A DNA stretch of 64,000 nt from Balanoglossus misakiensis. Its lineage: Eukaryota > Animalia > Hemichordata. This document shows positions 20,465-33,245 of the stretch, one piece after another (the stretch's first letter is position 1; every line of letters starts with the position of its first letter). The stretch spans positions 4,894,879-4,958,878 of the forward strand of contig CM082579.2 in NCBI GenBank assembly GCA_040954595.2, given 5' to 3'. Under the pieces are notes generated by a model. That model was not told the DNA's origin. It made no database searches and worked only from the letters and a program-made list of their open reading frames with translations. A program made the position numbers and the translations under genes.

Positions 20465-22810
20465 CTACCTGCTGCTCCCATGTTCAACATGGAACACTAT
20501 ATCTTCCCAAAGACTATCACTGCGTGGCAGTGCTGAGAACCCTGATTCCACCACGCCCAAGTCCTCACCACCACCACCACCACCGTCCGAGGACTGACTC
20601 GTACTCTGCAGCACCCGTCGGACTGTCTCGTTCAGAAACTGTGGCCCTTTCGTCAGGTGCGAGAAACTCTCCGCCAACCTTTCCCAGCCAAAGTGAGGGT
20701 TTTCCGGATATTTTGAATGCCTGAAAGAAAGAGAATGGACAAAAATGTGTAGTTGCAGTCATAACACAAAATAATAGCTCCTTTCCCCAGTCAAACAAGA
20801 CATCTATGCCCACCTCCAAACACTTCTCTGCAGACTGCCATCATACTGCAGTTGCATACACTTTCCCCAGGACATCAGGTGAGCCAGATAGACTCTGAAG
20901 AAAGTAAAGTACTTGGCCGAGAGTTGGCTGAGCAACATGTTGGGTAGCTGCCACACAGCATCACAAAAATCCCCTTGCGACCTGAAATGTAAATTTGAGA
21001 AAAGAAATTGATGTTTTATCAGTTTTTTGTTTAGGTACGGCTGTTCAGACACTACCTAGTCATAACACGAATGTTTGACTTCAATTAAAATACAAACAAT
21101 TCAAATGTATATAGTCAAAAGAACTGATTTGTTTACACACAAAGTCTCCAACTTACACATCAAAGCCTGTCAGCTCTGCACATTTCTGAAGCAGCCACGA
21201 AAGCACCAGTTGGTTGCACTGCTCTGATTCAGCACTCATTCCATGATCTTCTTTCTCTCTCACCAGCATCAATGCAATAGTTTCCTGTAGAGAGCAGAAA
21301 GAAATGGTATCAGTAATTAATCATGCACAGCCACATCAACACACAGGTTGTCTGTTGGTAATTTTTGTTGAAATAATGATGACCCGTGAGAAAAATGAAA
21401 TTCTTACCAGACCATATTTTTTGGAGTACAGATCTTCTAGCTTGCCAGTAATCGTCAGTTTGCTATTATTAAAACAAAAAGTTAAATAGAATATCAATAT
21501 TTCAAATACACATATTTTGCAATACTATTAAACATTGCACAATATAGCAAAAATTGCATGAGGCAAACAATCAATGAATCTTACAGATCCCAAGCTATTG
21601 GTACTGTCGGTTTGCAGACAGAACTCACTTTTCCTTTTGCGCATTCCCCTGAAGCAATTTACACAACTTCTGAGACAGCAACTCTGCTTCTGTCTGGAGA
21701 TACACAGCACTGGCAGAAAGGCCGCATTCTGGATTTAAAAAACACAAAAGACTTTATCAGATTTCAGTAACACTGATAAAACCAGGGCAGGCTATTCAAA
21801 CCATGATAAATTGGGCTACGAAGTAAACCTCACCTTGACCGGCTTGTGAACTGTGGCAAGTTTGAGAGAGTTTATCTTTAATTTTGGAGAGCAACATGAC
21901 AGTGGCTTTACTCTGAGTGTACTTGGTAGCATCCTATTTGAACAATCAGAAGTGGAGGATTATTAATTAAAATCACTTAGATGGCCAAGTAACAGAACCC
22001 ACTGTGATCATGATGTGAGGTGATCAACTCACAAGCAATGAGGGGCAAATGTAGTGACTCACATCTAGGAGAAGGCTAGGTCCAGGCCCCTCTTTTTGAC
22101 TGGTTGAAGGCATGCCACCACTTCGCGTCAGCTGTTCATAGAACTTGATCACATGACCAAAAAGTGATTTATCCAGGTGAGGATTTTGGAGAAGTGACTA
22201 CAAAGAGAAAAGCATGAGAAAAAGGTATGGTTAAAAATGAGGGATAAAAGTTGTGATAAAACTGATGATGAACTGAGAATTCTGTGAATTCTATTAAGTA
22301 CTGTAACCATGCCAACACAGTTATTACTTACTTGAAGGAATACTCTGCGAGATTTTCTGAAGAGTTCAAAGTTGACTTCTTCATTTCCAAGACCCAGTGA
22401 ATATTTGTCCTGATACTTTAGCTTCAAGTGTTTCTCCAGCTTGGAGACAAACACTGGCTTCTGGTGAATCTTGAAGTAAACCTATTGGCATATGCAGCAA
22501 AAGGTATAGTGACATCATCAAAGGAAACGTAGGTGTCTCCAAATTGGTTACATAATCAAAATACCTACTACTAAATTGATGACATCATCTAAGGTCGGGA
22601 GTGAACTCAGTCGTATACATAAGCTATCAAGTTCATTACTGAAATATAAAGCACCTTTGCTTTCATTAATACCTGTTCAAAATACTTGGTCCAATCATGT
22701 GCTCGTTGCAATGCTTCAAAATCCCAATTAGATACACTCTCTGTCCGTGCTGTAGTCATTATTTCAAGTAAATGTCCTGCATTATTTAGTATTTTAACCA
22801 GTTGATCCAT
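20465..22810 (-). CDS. FANCF: Fanconi anemia group F protein homolog, ~9 exons
   Basis: N-terminus ..LLEIMTTARTESVSNWDFEALQRAHDWTKYF resembles FANCF (recalled: VSTWDPATVRRALQWARYL); internal QTEAELL, LSWLL, VYLAHLMSWGK; C-terminal WERLAESFSHL..SLWEDIV. Frame-compatible GT-AG exons 22810-22673, 22481-22332, 22197-22063 and further exons. Confidence 0.85.
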
Positions 22811-23093
22811 AGTCACACACTATCTCGTTATCTATTTAATGATATGGGGAAAAAATGAATTCTTGGCACGGAGTGGCTTTAACATGATTTGTTTTGAAAC
22901 TTCCGCCATTGATTCGTCTGTTTGTGTTTTCTTTTCTCGGCCGGGAATGATGGGAAATATTGTGTACACAACTTTCAAAATGGCTGCGCAGTTGCGAAGC
23001 GCAGGTCACTGAATACCGAAGGAATTTTTTTTTTTTCTGGTGGCCTTGCTGGGGTCATCGAGTGCGGGTGGATGGACTCGCTGTCAGACAACC

Positions 23094-26000
23094 ATGTCCA
23101 TCCGTCATAAAAGGTGAGAAAAAATGCACCAAACTGCATATGGAAGACAAAAACAGCTCTGAGACCAGAGCGACGCACACATAAACAAACGTCCAACGCT
23201 TGTACACAGTACACGGCACAGTGCCAACCACCCACCACTGATGACCCGTTCATAATATAACTGCAAGCCGCGAACAGGAGAACGTGTCGACGCTTGTTTT
23301 TAGATAAAGCGTTGCCATGGGAAGTGGGCTTGCGATGGGGCAGTTATGACGCTGAACAGCGTACAGTCAGTTAAAGATCGGGCGCATACCACAGTGTTGC
23401 GGCCGTCTCTTCTGATTCAGAATTTTAATCCGGTCTCGTCGCATTTCTTGATCCTCTCTGAGAAAGATTCTTTGCGTCAGTGTGTGACACTAGTAACGTA
23501 ACAATCTCTGAGATGCTGCAGTTACAAAGGTTAATTAGGTAGGAAAAGCTGTTGTCTTAGATAAACCTAAATGGCTTAAAATTTATCCGTTCAGACTGCA
23601 TTCCAGATGTCTGCTAAATTTCATGTGAATGCCGAATATCCGACAGTAATCCGAACCATTCCTGGAGGTTGAACCCCCGGTTTTGGATCATACTTTTTTG
23701 TGGTCAAAACAACAAAAGTAACGCAAAAAGTGTAACCAATACAGACACTTTCCAGTACAATCGGTTCACTGTTTTGCCAATGTAACAGTAACAGGTGGGT
23801 GTGGCGAGAGCGATGACTTCAGTTCATTAGTTCATATTTACATCCACACCAGAATTGTAATTGAATTACAAGCTACACGAGTCTTTTCTATTTTTCTCTT
23901 CTAATGCAGTGATTTGAAAGTGGCCAACCTCAGCCAAGAAAATCGGAGGTTGGCCAAGGACATTGAGAAGATGGAAGCTGTGCTGGAAAGACACAGGTTT
24001 ATGTTGGATTCCGAAGCCAAGTCCCTCAGGGGTCAAATCAGGTAACAATTGTTGATAATTATGGGAACTAATTGAGTGTTGTCCACATTGCAAATTAATG
24101 TCATCGAATTTTGAACTTTTGCCTTGATGAGCTGTGTCAGTTGCAAGTAAACATATGGTGAATATATGAAGTGCTGGCAAGATGCCAAGCAGTCTTTCTA
24201 AATGAGACTTTAATGGAGTGTAACTGCTATCAGAAATTTACAAGTTTGATTTGCTTTTCAACATACAGTACAAGTATGATGTGTTGTGATGACATAAACA
24301 TTTGTGATATTAATATAAAAGGTCATAGTTACTTTTTACACATTTAAATCTGTAATTCATGTCACTAATTGTTAGATATTTACCGTTAAAATCTGAAGCA
24401 CCAATAAATATGTGTGTGTCATAAAACCTTGAAACTTCTCAGTTCTGAATACAGGGTGAAGTTTGAAATTTACAGTTTATTATCGGGAAACTTAAAAAAT
24501 AACTTACTACATATATGAACAGTTGAAGTTGTCGCAAGACTAAATATGTCTAATTTGACCATGTAAGGCATGAATGAATTATTGACAAAGCACATCACGA
24601 GATAATGCAGTGTGTTTAAATAAGTACAATGTAAATCAGGACATGATTTATCAGCAAATCTGTTGACCCACAGAAAAGAAGTTGGAGGATCCAAATGGAT
24701 AGCCGGTGCCAAAGGTCAGATGGCCGGTTACAAATCCAGCAAAGCTCTGAACAGGCAAGAGACAGCAGAGTCAAAATCTCAGAAGGAATCTGTAGAAGAC
24801 GGGAAAAAATTTAAAAACCGAGATAATCGTAAATCTCAGAAACCAAGCAGTGGGTCGGGGACTGCCACACGTACCAAAGATGAAGCTCAAAAACTTGAGG
24901 ATCTCAGGCCGATCGTCCAGAAATGTGACAGCGGTTCTGGTGATGCTGAGAGAAGTACAGCAGTCAAGACCTCTACTGCTCCAAAGAAATCATCAGACAG
25001 GCAGGTTAGGACTGTATCGGCCCGTGGCAAAGGCATCAGAACGACCTCTGCCAGGATGCCACCAGGTCAAGGCAGTGGTGGAAGTGAGTTTACAAGTGCC
25101 AGCGACAGGACTGGCAGCAAAGCCAGGAAGGCAGACGAGGAGGCAGTCACGCCATACAGTGAACGGATTGCCGTCTTGAAAAGCAAGGTGCTCAGCAAGG
25201 CCAGCGCTAAAGTCAAGCTCACAGAGAAGAGAAAACAGGGAGACTCTTCTTCGGCAGAGAATAGGAAAGTCTCACCAAGAACAGGTGAGAGCAGAGATGT
25301 CCCCAAAGACAACACTGAAAAATGGCGTGGAGAATCTCCTGCTGGAAACAGCGACTCTGTGACTCTCAGCGATCGGAGCAGCAGCAGCAACGAGACAGGA
25401 AGCGAGAACGGCGCAAAACCTGAAGTGATAAAGACAGAGAAATTGAACAACGTCAGTACTCGCAATGAAGTGCTCAGTGTCACAGTGCCGAGAGTTGAGG
25501 ATTGCCAGGACGACGACGATGAACGCGAGAGCTCATCGACCGACAGATCCGAGGAAGAACAACGTCAAGATAGGCCGATCGTAGACAAGCACCTAAACGT
25601 GACAAGCAGCCGGCAAAGTAGTGAAAGCAACAGCCAGGCAAAGTTGCAAGGAAGCTACGAGGGAAGTGTTAAAGTTATCACCGGACAAAAACTTAACAAC
25701 GAGGGCACAACTAAGAGACAGGCGCAGCCACCCCAGAAGGATCCCATCCTCTACGACCCAGCACTCAGCGTCTGGGTGTACAGTCTGAAACTACTGGACA
25801 CCGACAAATACATCAAGATATTCGTCGACAATGAAGTGACCATGGAAGGCGTGAAATTGCTGGACGAAACCCACTTGAAGGAGATGGGCATTACGGCAAT
25901 GGGACCGCTGAGCAAGATATCTCACGGCATCAAAGTGCTCAGGGGGGAGGTAGAAGAAGGGAGCCTGCCGTCCAGCAGAGGAAATGCTGACGGAGCTTCG

Positions 26001-29000
26001 GAGTCCGTCTCGAAAGAGAATGAACCTTCGCAGAAACCAGCCAGATCTGGAGGCAAGGACGCTGCTGGCAAGGATGTCAATGTACTGAAAGGGTCAAGAG
26101 AGTTTTCAGATTCGACCAAGAAGTCCAAAAACGAAAATGCCGCTGATAGTAAAGCGTCAGCAGGTTCTGAAAGAAGCACGGGTAAATCTGCCAAGACTGC
26201 AGAAGCTGGGAAAGATGGCAGACGAGTGAAGAGCGCCACCACAGTTAGAGGTAACAAGGAAGACGCCAAGAACACAGGCAAATCAAGCAGACCCGTATCG
26301 GCAAGTGTGGCCCAGAGATCACTGGCATCTGGTAAGTTGACTGTGACACCTCAGATTGTACATGAATTGTAAACAGTGAATTTTGAACTAGAAATGAAAG
26401 TTACTGGTTGCATTTGCATGAGAAATAGATGGTTTAAAAACACACTTTACATTTACAATCCCAGGTGTCCGAGCAGCCAGTCACAAACTGAAGAAGAAGA
26501 AGGAATTACAAGAGCAAGAATCAAAGCGACAAGAAAAACTCACCAAGATGAAGAAAGCTGAGAGAGACAAGATGGCTGCCCAGTTTCACAGCAAAAAGCG
26601 GGCCCCAGTTATACCCGAGAGTTCCTCCAGAAAGAGTTCGACGTCAGATGCTGATGGAGGTTCTGGGCATAGCAGCGATGGTGGGGTGGAGGATCTGTTG
26701 ACAGTTTATACCAAAGGTAATGGTCTGTGTACAAGTTTTGACTAGAACAAAGCATGGCAGTGTGAGGCTTAAAAGATGCCTTTACCTGAGTGATATCCTA
26801 TTGCACGTGAAATGCGGTGTATTTGCATGTAGTCACTATAGAAATGCGCACATCAAGAAACATGGGCCTTTATAAAATATAGTCTATGTCATTATCCACA
26901 GGGCTTCTGGGAACACACACCAAATCCAACACCACCACCAGCAGCAAGCCAGACAGTCCAAGCAAAACCAAAACAAGCCTGTACCCTCAGAAGCCTCCCA
27001 AATCAGACCGGGTCACATCAGCTACCGCGTTGGACACAGGTACTTCGTTACTGGTGCAGGGAGATCAGCTGATTGAACCGACGACAACCAGAGACAGTAA
27101 CAGAAGCAGCCGCAGGGCAGAGTCCCAGCACTCTAACAGAAGTTCTGAAATATCACCACTGACCAGCCAAGAGGACAGATTGAAAGAGTTAGAAATTCAG
27201 GTAAAATTTTAACATCATTCTGTCTAGGTGCAGTGCAGAATATACATTTTCTGCATGGCACTGTGACTACACATTGGGTGCTTGTTTTTACACCAATAAA
27301 CAAAGCTGGACAAAAAAAAGTTCAATGGTTTTATATCTTTCTGAAAGGTTCTTGGGCTGCAGCAAAAGGGAACGGACAGCTCCCACCTCACCATTGAAAT
27401 GGTCGACAGGCTGCAAAGACAGCTTCACGAAATACAGGAAGATCTGGCCGGAAAGATGACGCACTCCAACATCCAGGACGAGCAGGGAGGCGAGAAGGAA
27501 GTCGCCACGGAGACGCCGAAGCCCGAGAAGGCCAGGCCCAAGGGGTCAGCCTCGGTCAGCAAGAGGGAACTGATGCGGAAGGTACGGAAGCAGAACGAAC
27601 ACCACCGGAAGCAGATCAGACACCTGGAGGCCGAGCTGAACAGACTGAAACACAAGGACCCCATGAGAAGCTGCGAGATACCCGAAGAGGATGTCAGGTT
27701 CTCGGAGGCAGGTCAGTGCGACTCCCATCATGGGCTACTCCAGCTGTCAGTGCCAAGGTTTAGACCCATCTATGAGTTTGTCCACAGTGTGACAGAGATA
27801 TTTCAAAATATCAATTCAGATGTGTATACAATCCAACATGGAGGCAATTTCAAATATAGAGGATTCATATGATCGGATTAGTAAATAATATCCTGTTCCT
27901 TACAGATTTGATCGGCGAGGGGGCTTTTTCCCAGGTGTTCCGAGGATCATACCATGGATCTGAAGTGGCCATCAAGAGACTAAAGACACCGCTCTCCGTA
28001 CAAGACAAAAATTATTTTGCCGAAGAAGTGAGTGTCGTTTGATATTTGTCCCCTCGTGTCAGAAGTCAGTCACCTGTTGCTTGAAAGATATGTCAATGGC
28101 TGTACTGTACTTTACCAATAAAAATCAACTGTGATTTCTCTCAGGTGAATTTGATGAGAGAGTTGAGGCATCCAAGAGTCGTGCTGCTACTGGGTGTGTG
28201 TACCACGAGCCGATTGCCTTTGATGGTCTTGGAATACATGTCAAATGGATCACTTTATTCATGGCTCCACGATCCTCACAGGTAAGGCTGTATACTAGTG
28301 CTATTCTGATGTATACATTGATGAAATATGAAATAATGAAATGTAACTTTAGGAAATCTACCATCGCATTCAATAATCAACTATTTTACTCATCTGCAAA
28401 CATTTCTCTCTCCAATTCAGACCACCACTAGACCACATCTCCTACTTCCAGGTGGCCAGGGATACCTCCCTTGGAATGAACTACCTGCACAGACACAAAC
28501 CAGTTGTCCTTCACATGGACTTGAAATCCATGAATGTGTTGATTGGCTCACATGGCAGGGCTAAAATTGGCGACTTTGGATTCTCTAAGCTCAGGTGAGA
28601 GAGAGAAAAAGAGTCACTCTCTCTGCTAAACTGTGAGAAATCTTTGAATGTACTGAGTATCTTACCAACAGAAAGAACATTCAGTCCGTAAGATATATGG
28701 TGAAGACGCGTGTTTCACAATTTGCCTCTATTTTTGCATTCTCCATTCCCATTCCCAGACACGACGCTGATGTGGCTGCTTCCCAGTCTGGTGGCAGTAT
28801 GAGAGGAACGCCTGCATGGATGGCACCGGAACTGCTCGACCCCACCATCGGTGAGGTCACCACAAAGGTAAGATCCTTCATTGTCATCATCACAAACTGC
28901 TAGTTTGCCTTAGTAGCCAGGATGCAAGGTTATACAGGGATCACTCAAACAACCTATGAATTTCAGTAATGAAACCATTATATCTCTTGTAATAATAGGT

Positions 29001-30878
29001 GGATGTGTACAGCTTTGGTATCATACTATGGGAGATGTTTACAAGACAACATCCATACCAAGGATTGTCTGTGTTTCAGGTGAGATGCTTTCCAGACTAG
29101 TCTCAGATATTTCAGTAACAGCTGACCATCAGTAAATTAATTAGTCACTAAAATCATGATGAATACAAATGTATCATCAAATTCAGTACAGTGTCTAGCC
29201 AACGAGAGTAATGCAAATGCTATCTGATCTACAGAAGAATAGGTGTAGAGTGCAAAGCTCAAGTGTTATGGTTGAATATGTTTTGGAATTCTCTTTACCA
29301 CAGATCATGGAGAGAGTTCGTCTGAACAAGCGACCGGAAATCCCGAAGAACTGTCCTGGTGCACTTGACAAACTCATCAACATGTGCTGGGAACAGAAAC
29401 CAAATAAGAGACCCTCCTTCAAGGTGACCTATTCAAATATGATCAGTTGCCTCAGTAATGTGATTTTTTGTGTGTAAAATGGACTGCTTGATTTTCTCTC
29501 AGTGAAAACTCAGATCCTTAGGTGCAGAGACCAGTATGTGATGCCATAGAGGGTTCATGAAAGTGGACATAATTCACTTAGGAATATTTTCTTCTTCACA
29601 GGATATTCTGATATCTCTTGAAGGACTCTCTTTTCCACCGGAGTGGAGGGACCTGTTCGCGGCTGCGGGGATTCCCAGGGAGGCCATGGACGATGCCCAC
29701 TCGGCCCGAAGCATCATCGACCTCGTCAACAAATCTGTCGGCATGACGGAGACTGAACTGGCCACAGGGGTGCAGGTGGTTCCGCAGCTTGCGCTGAGTC
29801 TCAGCCAGGACGATGACGATGATGATGTCGGTGTCGGTTTCGGTGAGCTTGCGGCTGAGGGTTTGCCGAAGGGGGACATTGACGTGGACAGCGTGTCGTC
29901 CGATGACGAGTGGGTGGCGAGCGCGCCCGTCAAAGAGAGCATTGATGATTTCGTGTTGAACATCCCGCAGAGTGTACTGGATGCCATGAAGGGTTCCTAC
30001 GAAAGCGCCGACGGGCATGCAACAACGGAGGGCCAGGACTGCCGTGTGAATGCAGAACAGATTGTGGGCGAGGACTCTGGGTTAAGTCGGGGTGGCAAGG
30101 TTTCTGCCAGGTCGGTCAAGAGTGAAAGGGGCACTGGCATTTCGCCCACCTTGGGGAAAAGTCCCGGAAGGTCAGTGAAGTTTGCTGACCAGGATGAAGA
30201 CGAGCTCCCCGGGGGATCTGCAAAGACAGAGAAGTCGACACGATCATCCACGGCCTGGGAAGACGAACCACCACAGGACGCCAAGATGAGAGGCAGTGCC
30301 GTTCCTCCTCCGCCGCCCCCACCAGTCCCCGACCTCTCCCAGTCCCTGTCTGTCACTCAGGGCGCCCGACGAAAACCCCCAACCTCGTTCAAGTCAACGC
30401 AGCCGCTGAGGAGAACCGTGGCCACTGTGGTGGCCCCGACAGCGGGCCACATCACCATTCCCGTGTCCGAGCTGCTCAAACAGAAAGCCAGGTTGAAGCC
30501 GGCGACTGACCCGCACCCCAATCAGCTGGCCGACCTCACCAGGCTCAGCCAGGGCAAGCTGACCAGTATTGCAGAGATACTCAAAAAGGTGGGTGCATTG
30601 CTGATGACCACAGTGAATAAACACTGATGAAAAACAAGCAGTCTTTCAAAGCAAAGCAAGCCAAACATTTTTGGCAAATGTAACATACACAATTTACCTT
30701 ATGCAATGGTCAAAGCTGTATTCAGTAATGTTTTCTTTTTGTGAAAATACTTTTTTTGAAGTCCTGTTTTTTTTCTCGACAGGCTGTTACAGAGAGGAGA
30801 ACAGCAATGAGAGAAGACACGGCCAGCATTGAACACTCCTATCCAAGTGGCGCATGGTCTCTTGAGGAGGGGCTGTAG
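23094..30878 (+). CDS. Large TKL (Raf/MLK-like) protein kinase with N-terminal coiled coil, SAM domain and WASP-like C-terminal region; ~14 exons
   Basis: Exons 23094-23113, 23910-24041, 24674-26331 (SAM: WVYSLKL..YIKIFVDNEVTMEGVKLLDETHLKEMGITAMGP), kinase exons 27906-29422 (IGEGAFSQV, VAIK, HMDLKSMN, DFG, GTPAWMAPE, DVYSFG, CW..P..RPSF), 29602-30588 and 30783-30878 (stop TAG). The junctions checked are phase-compatible; the first exon is tentative. Confidence 0.85.
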
Positions 30879-32378
30879 TAACATTCCAACCAACTGATGA
30901 CTTGAAATATGGTTTCATCGTGAAAGACTGTGGTCCCGATTGGCTGAAAAGCATTATTTTTAGATGAATTATACAATGAGACTACTTTGATCAGGTGCAG
31001 CTACTTATGTACTAGCAGTAGAATCAAGCGATTAAAGAGGACTTTTTTCTGTAACTGCAAGAAACAAGACTTATATAGTGAACAAGCACATTACCCCCAA
31101 ATTACTTGAAGACTACGTGATCTGTGAATTTTTTAGCAAAATCATAGTGTGTACATACTTATGTCATGGAGATGTTTTATCTGTAAAAACTGTGTAACTT
31201 GTTAAATTATTGTGTTGTGTCTTTGAATTAATGTAGAAATAAATGAAGTTGTTTTGACAAGTTTAATTTGTTTGTCAAATGGTGTATACTTTTTAGTTTT
31301 ACCTGATTTAATTAAATATTATCATGGGATATGTCTGACGTTTTTGTTCTCTTTTATTTTCTTGCGGTGTGTGTGATTTTTTTAGATTGATGGCTGTATG
31401 ATATGAAACCAGGGGGCCCCCCTGATATGAAACATGACCAGAGTCAAATTTACCGCCAGTCTAGGGAGGCTGCTGGCATTCTGGGATTTGTGTCACTTCC
31501 TGTTTTGAAACGAGTACGATGTAGGTCAACGAGAGGGAACGACGTACGTAGACGTGATATTGCTTGCTCAAACGTCGTTTTTCGTGGCAGATTCCGGAAT
31601 CTGGAGTGCCCGATGCACATTTGGGTCCCGACTTACTAGTAATTGTGTCTCGCAGTGACGATTGCGGTTCTATCTGCAGGGAATACACTGCAACAACGTC
31701 GCACGGAGGGAGCTGAGTGTGTTGTTGTGGACTTGTGTGTCGATCGAGCGTGGGTGTGTGTGACGCGACGTAACTCTACACGCAGTAATGTACTGTTTCA
31801 TTTAATTTTCTACCGCGAACATGTGAACAGTTGGCGAGGTATTTCGCAGGTAAGTTGCCATGTCATTTGGCGAATATTACATCGTTTACATACATAGTTC
31901 AGTGTCCACATTTGATGTGCGAACTGTGTGCAGTTTTCTGTGACCCCAAGGTCAACCATTGTTTGTCAACAAATGCACATGTTACGCGTAATTCCGTATG
32001 GCGTCCGAGTGACCCCATGAAGAAGTGACCATGGTAAACTTGTAAACTTGTACAGGTCACACAGGTGCCATGGAAGGCCATATATGCTTAGTTAAGAGTT
32101 GCATGTATTTTTATGAGTCATGACGTTAGGTGAGGGATCTTCATAAATCACTCACATTTTACAAATTCAACTGTTTCGGAGATGTCATAATTGTCACCTA
32201 ACAACACGTTTTCATTAATTCCAGAAACGAGCAACCACCCACATCCAGGAGGTGACAGACCAGTGATTGTGTACATCAAATGCATGCACAAGTGATGATC
32301 CTAAGTTCATATCTTCCATGTCAGCCATGAAGCCATACCTTCATACCAAGCCTGGTGTGAAATGAGTGAAGGCGAGCT

Positions 32379-33245
32379 ATGGCTCTCTCCAAGGAGCTCA
32401 TAATGACCATTGGAGGAGAGGGAAGCAAAGAGGGGCAGCTGAAAGAACCCTGCGGCATCACCGCGTGGACGAACGGCGAGGTAGTCGTTGCCGATCGGGG
32501 TAACAGCCGGGTGCAGATATTCAATCGCTACGGGCAGTACAAGTACCACTTCACGTACGAAGACTTCAAGAGGCCCTTTGATCCCGTGGACGTCGCCGTG
32601 ACGAGAGACGACAGCCTGCTGGTGACGGACTATAGCAACTCCAAGATCTTGGTGTTCGACCGACACGGTCAGATGATCGACCAGGTGGGCCACCAGGAAA
32701 TTCACGGACCGTGGGGCGTAACTGTGAAACAGGACGGCAGTTTCTACGTCACCGACCGAGACACAAAGTGCCTGGTCTTCTACGACATGTACGGCTCCTA
32801 CTTGAAGACGGTGGGCGGCCCGGGCAGAGGACCCGGCGAGTTTCGGTTCCCGCTCTACGTAGCCACGTCCCGAGAGGGCAACATATACATCTCGGACAGC
32901 GTGTGCCAGGCGGTGAAGGTGTTCGACGCCAACGGCAAGTACGTGCAACAGCTGGGCCTGCGGGGGCAGAAAGCCGGGCACATCTTCTGGCCGACCGGTG
33001 TGGCCGTGGACAAGGACGGCAACGTGATCGTCGCAGAGTTTCAGGACGTCCTCGGCGGTGGCTACAACCGGCTTCAACGCTTCAAACCCGACGGCGCGTT
33101 CATCGACAGAGTCGACGACGCCAGCCAACACCTCAGCCATCCTGAGGGCCTGGCTGTCAGTTCGTACATCGGCAACACGCAGAAACTGTATGTGTGTGAC
33201 TGGAGCAGTAACTGCATCAAAGTTTATCAAATCTTTGGTCCCTAA
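32379..33245 (+). CDS. Stand-alone NHL-repeat beta-propeller protein (TRIM2/3/71-like NHL domain only), 288 aa
   Basis: Six NHL repeats (GQLKEPCGI, VADRGNSRVQIF, GEFRFPLYVA, FWPTGVAVD); in-frame TGA at 32367 upstream of the ATG; intronless CDS. Confidence 0.9.
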   Translation: MALSKELIMTIGGEGSKEGQLKEPCGITAWTNGEVVVADRGNSRVQIFNRYGQYKYHFTYEDFKRPFDPVDVAVTRDDSLLVTDYSNSKILVFDRHGQMIDQVGHQEIHGPWGVTVKQDGSFYVTDRDTKCLVFYDMYGSYLKTVGGPGRGPGEFRFPLYVATSREGNIYISDSVCQAVKVFDANGKYVQQLGLRGQKAGHIFWPTGVAVDKDGNVIVAEFQDVLGGGYNRLQRFKPDGAFIDRVDDASQHLSHPEGLAVSSYIGNTQKLYVCDWSSNCIKVYQIFGP

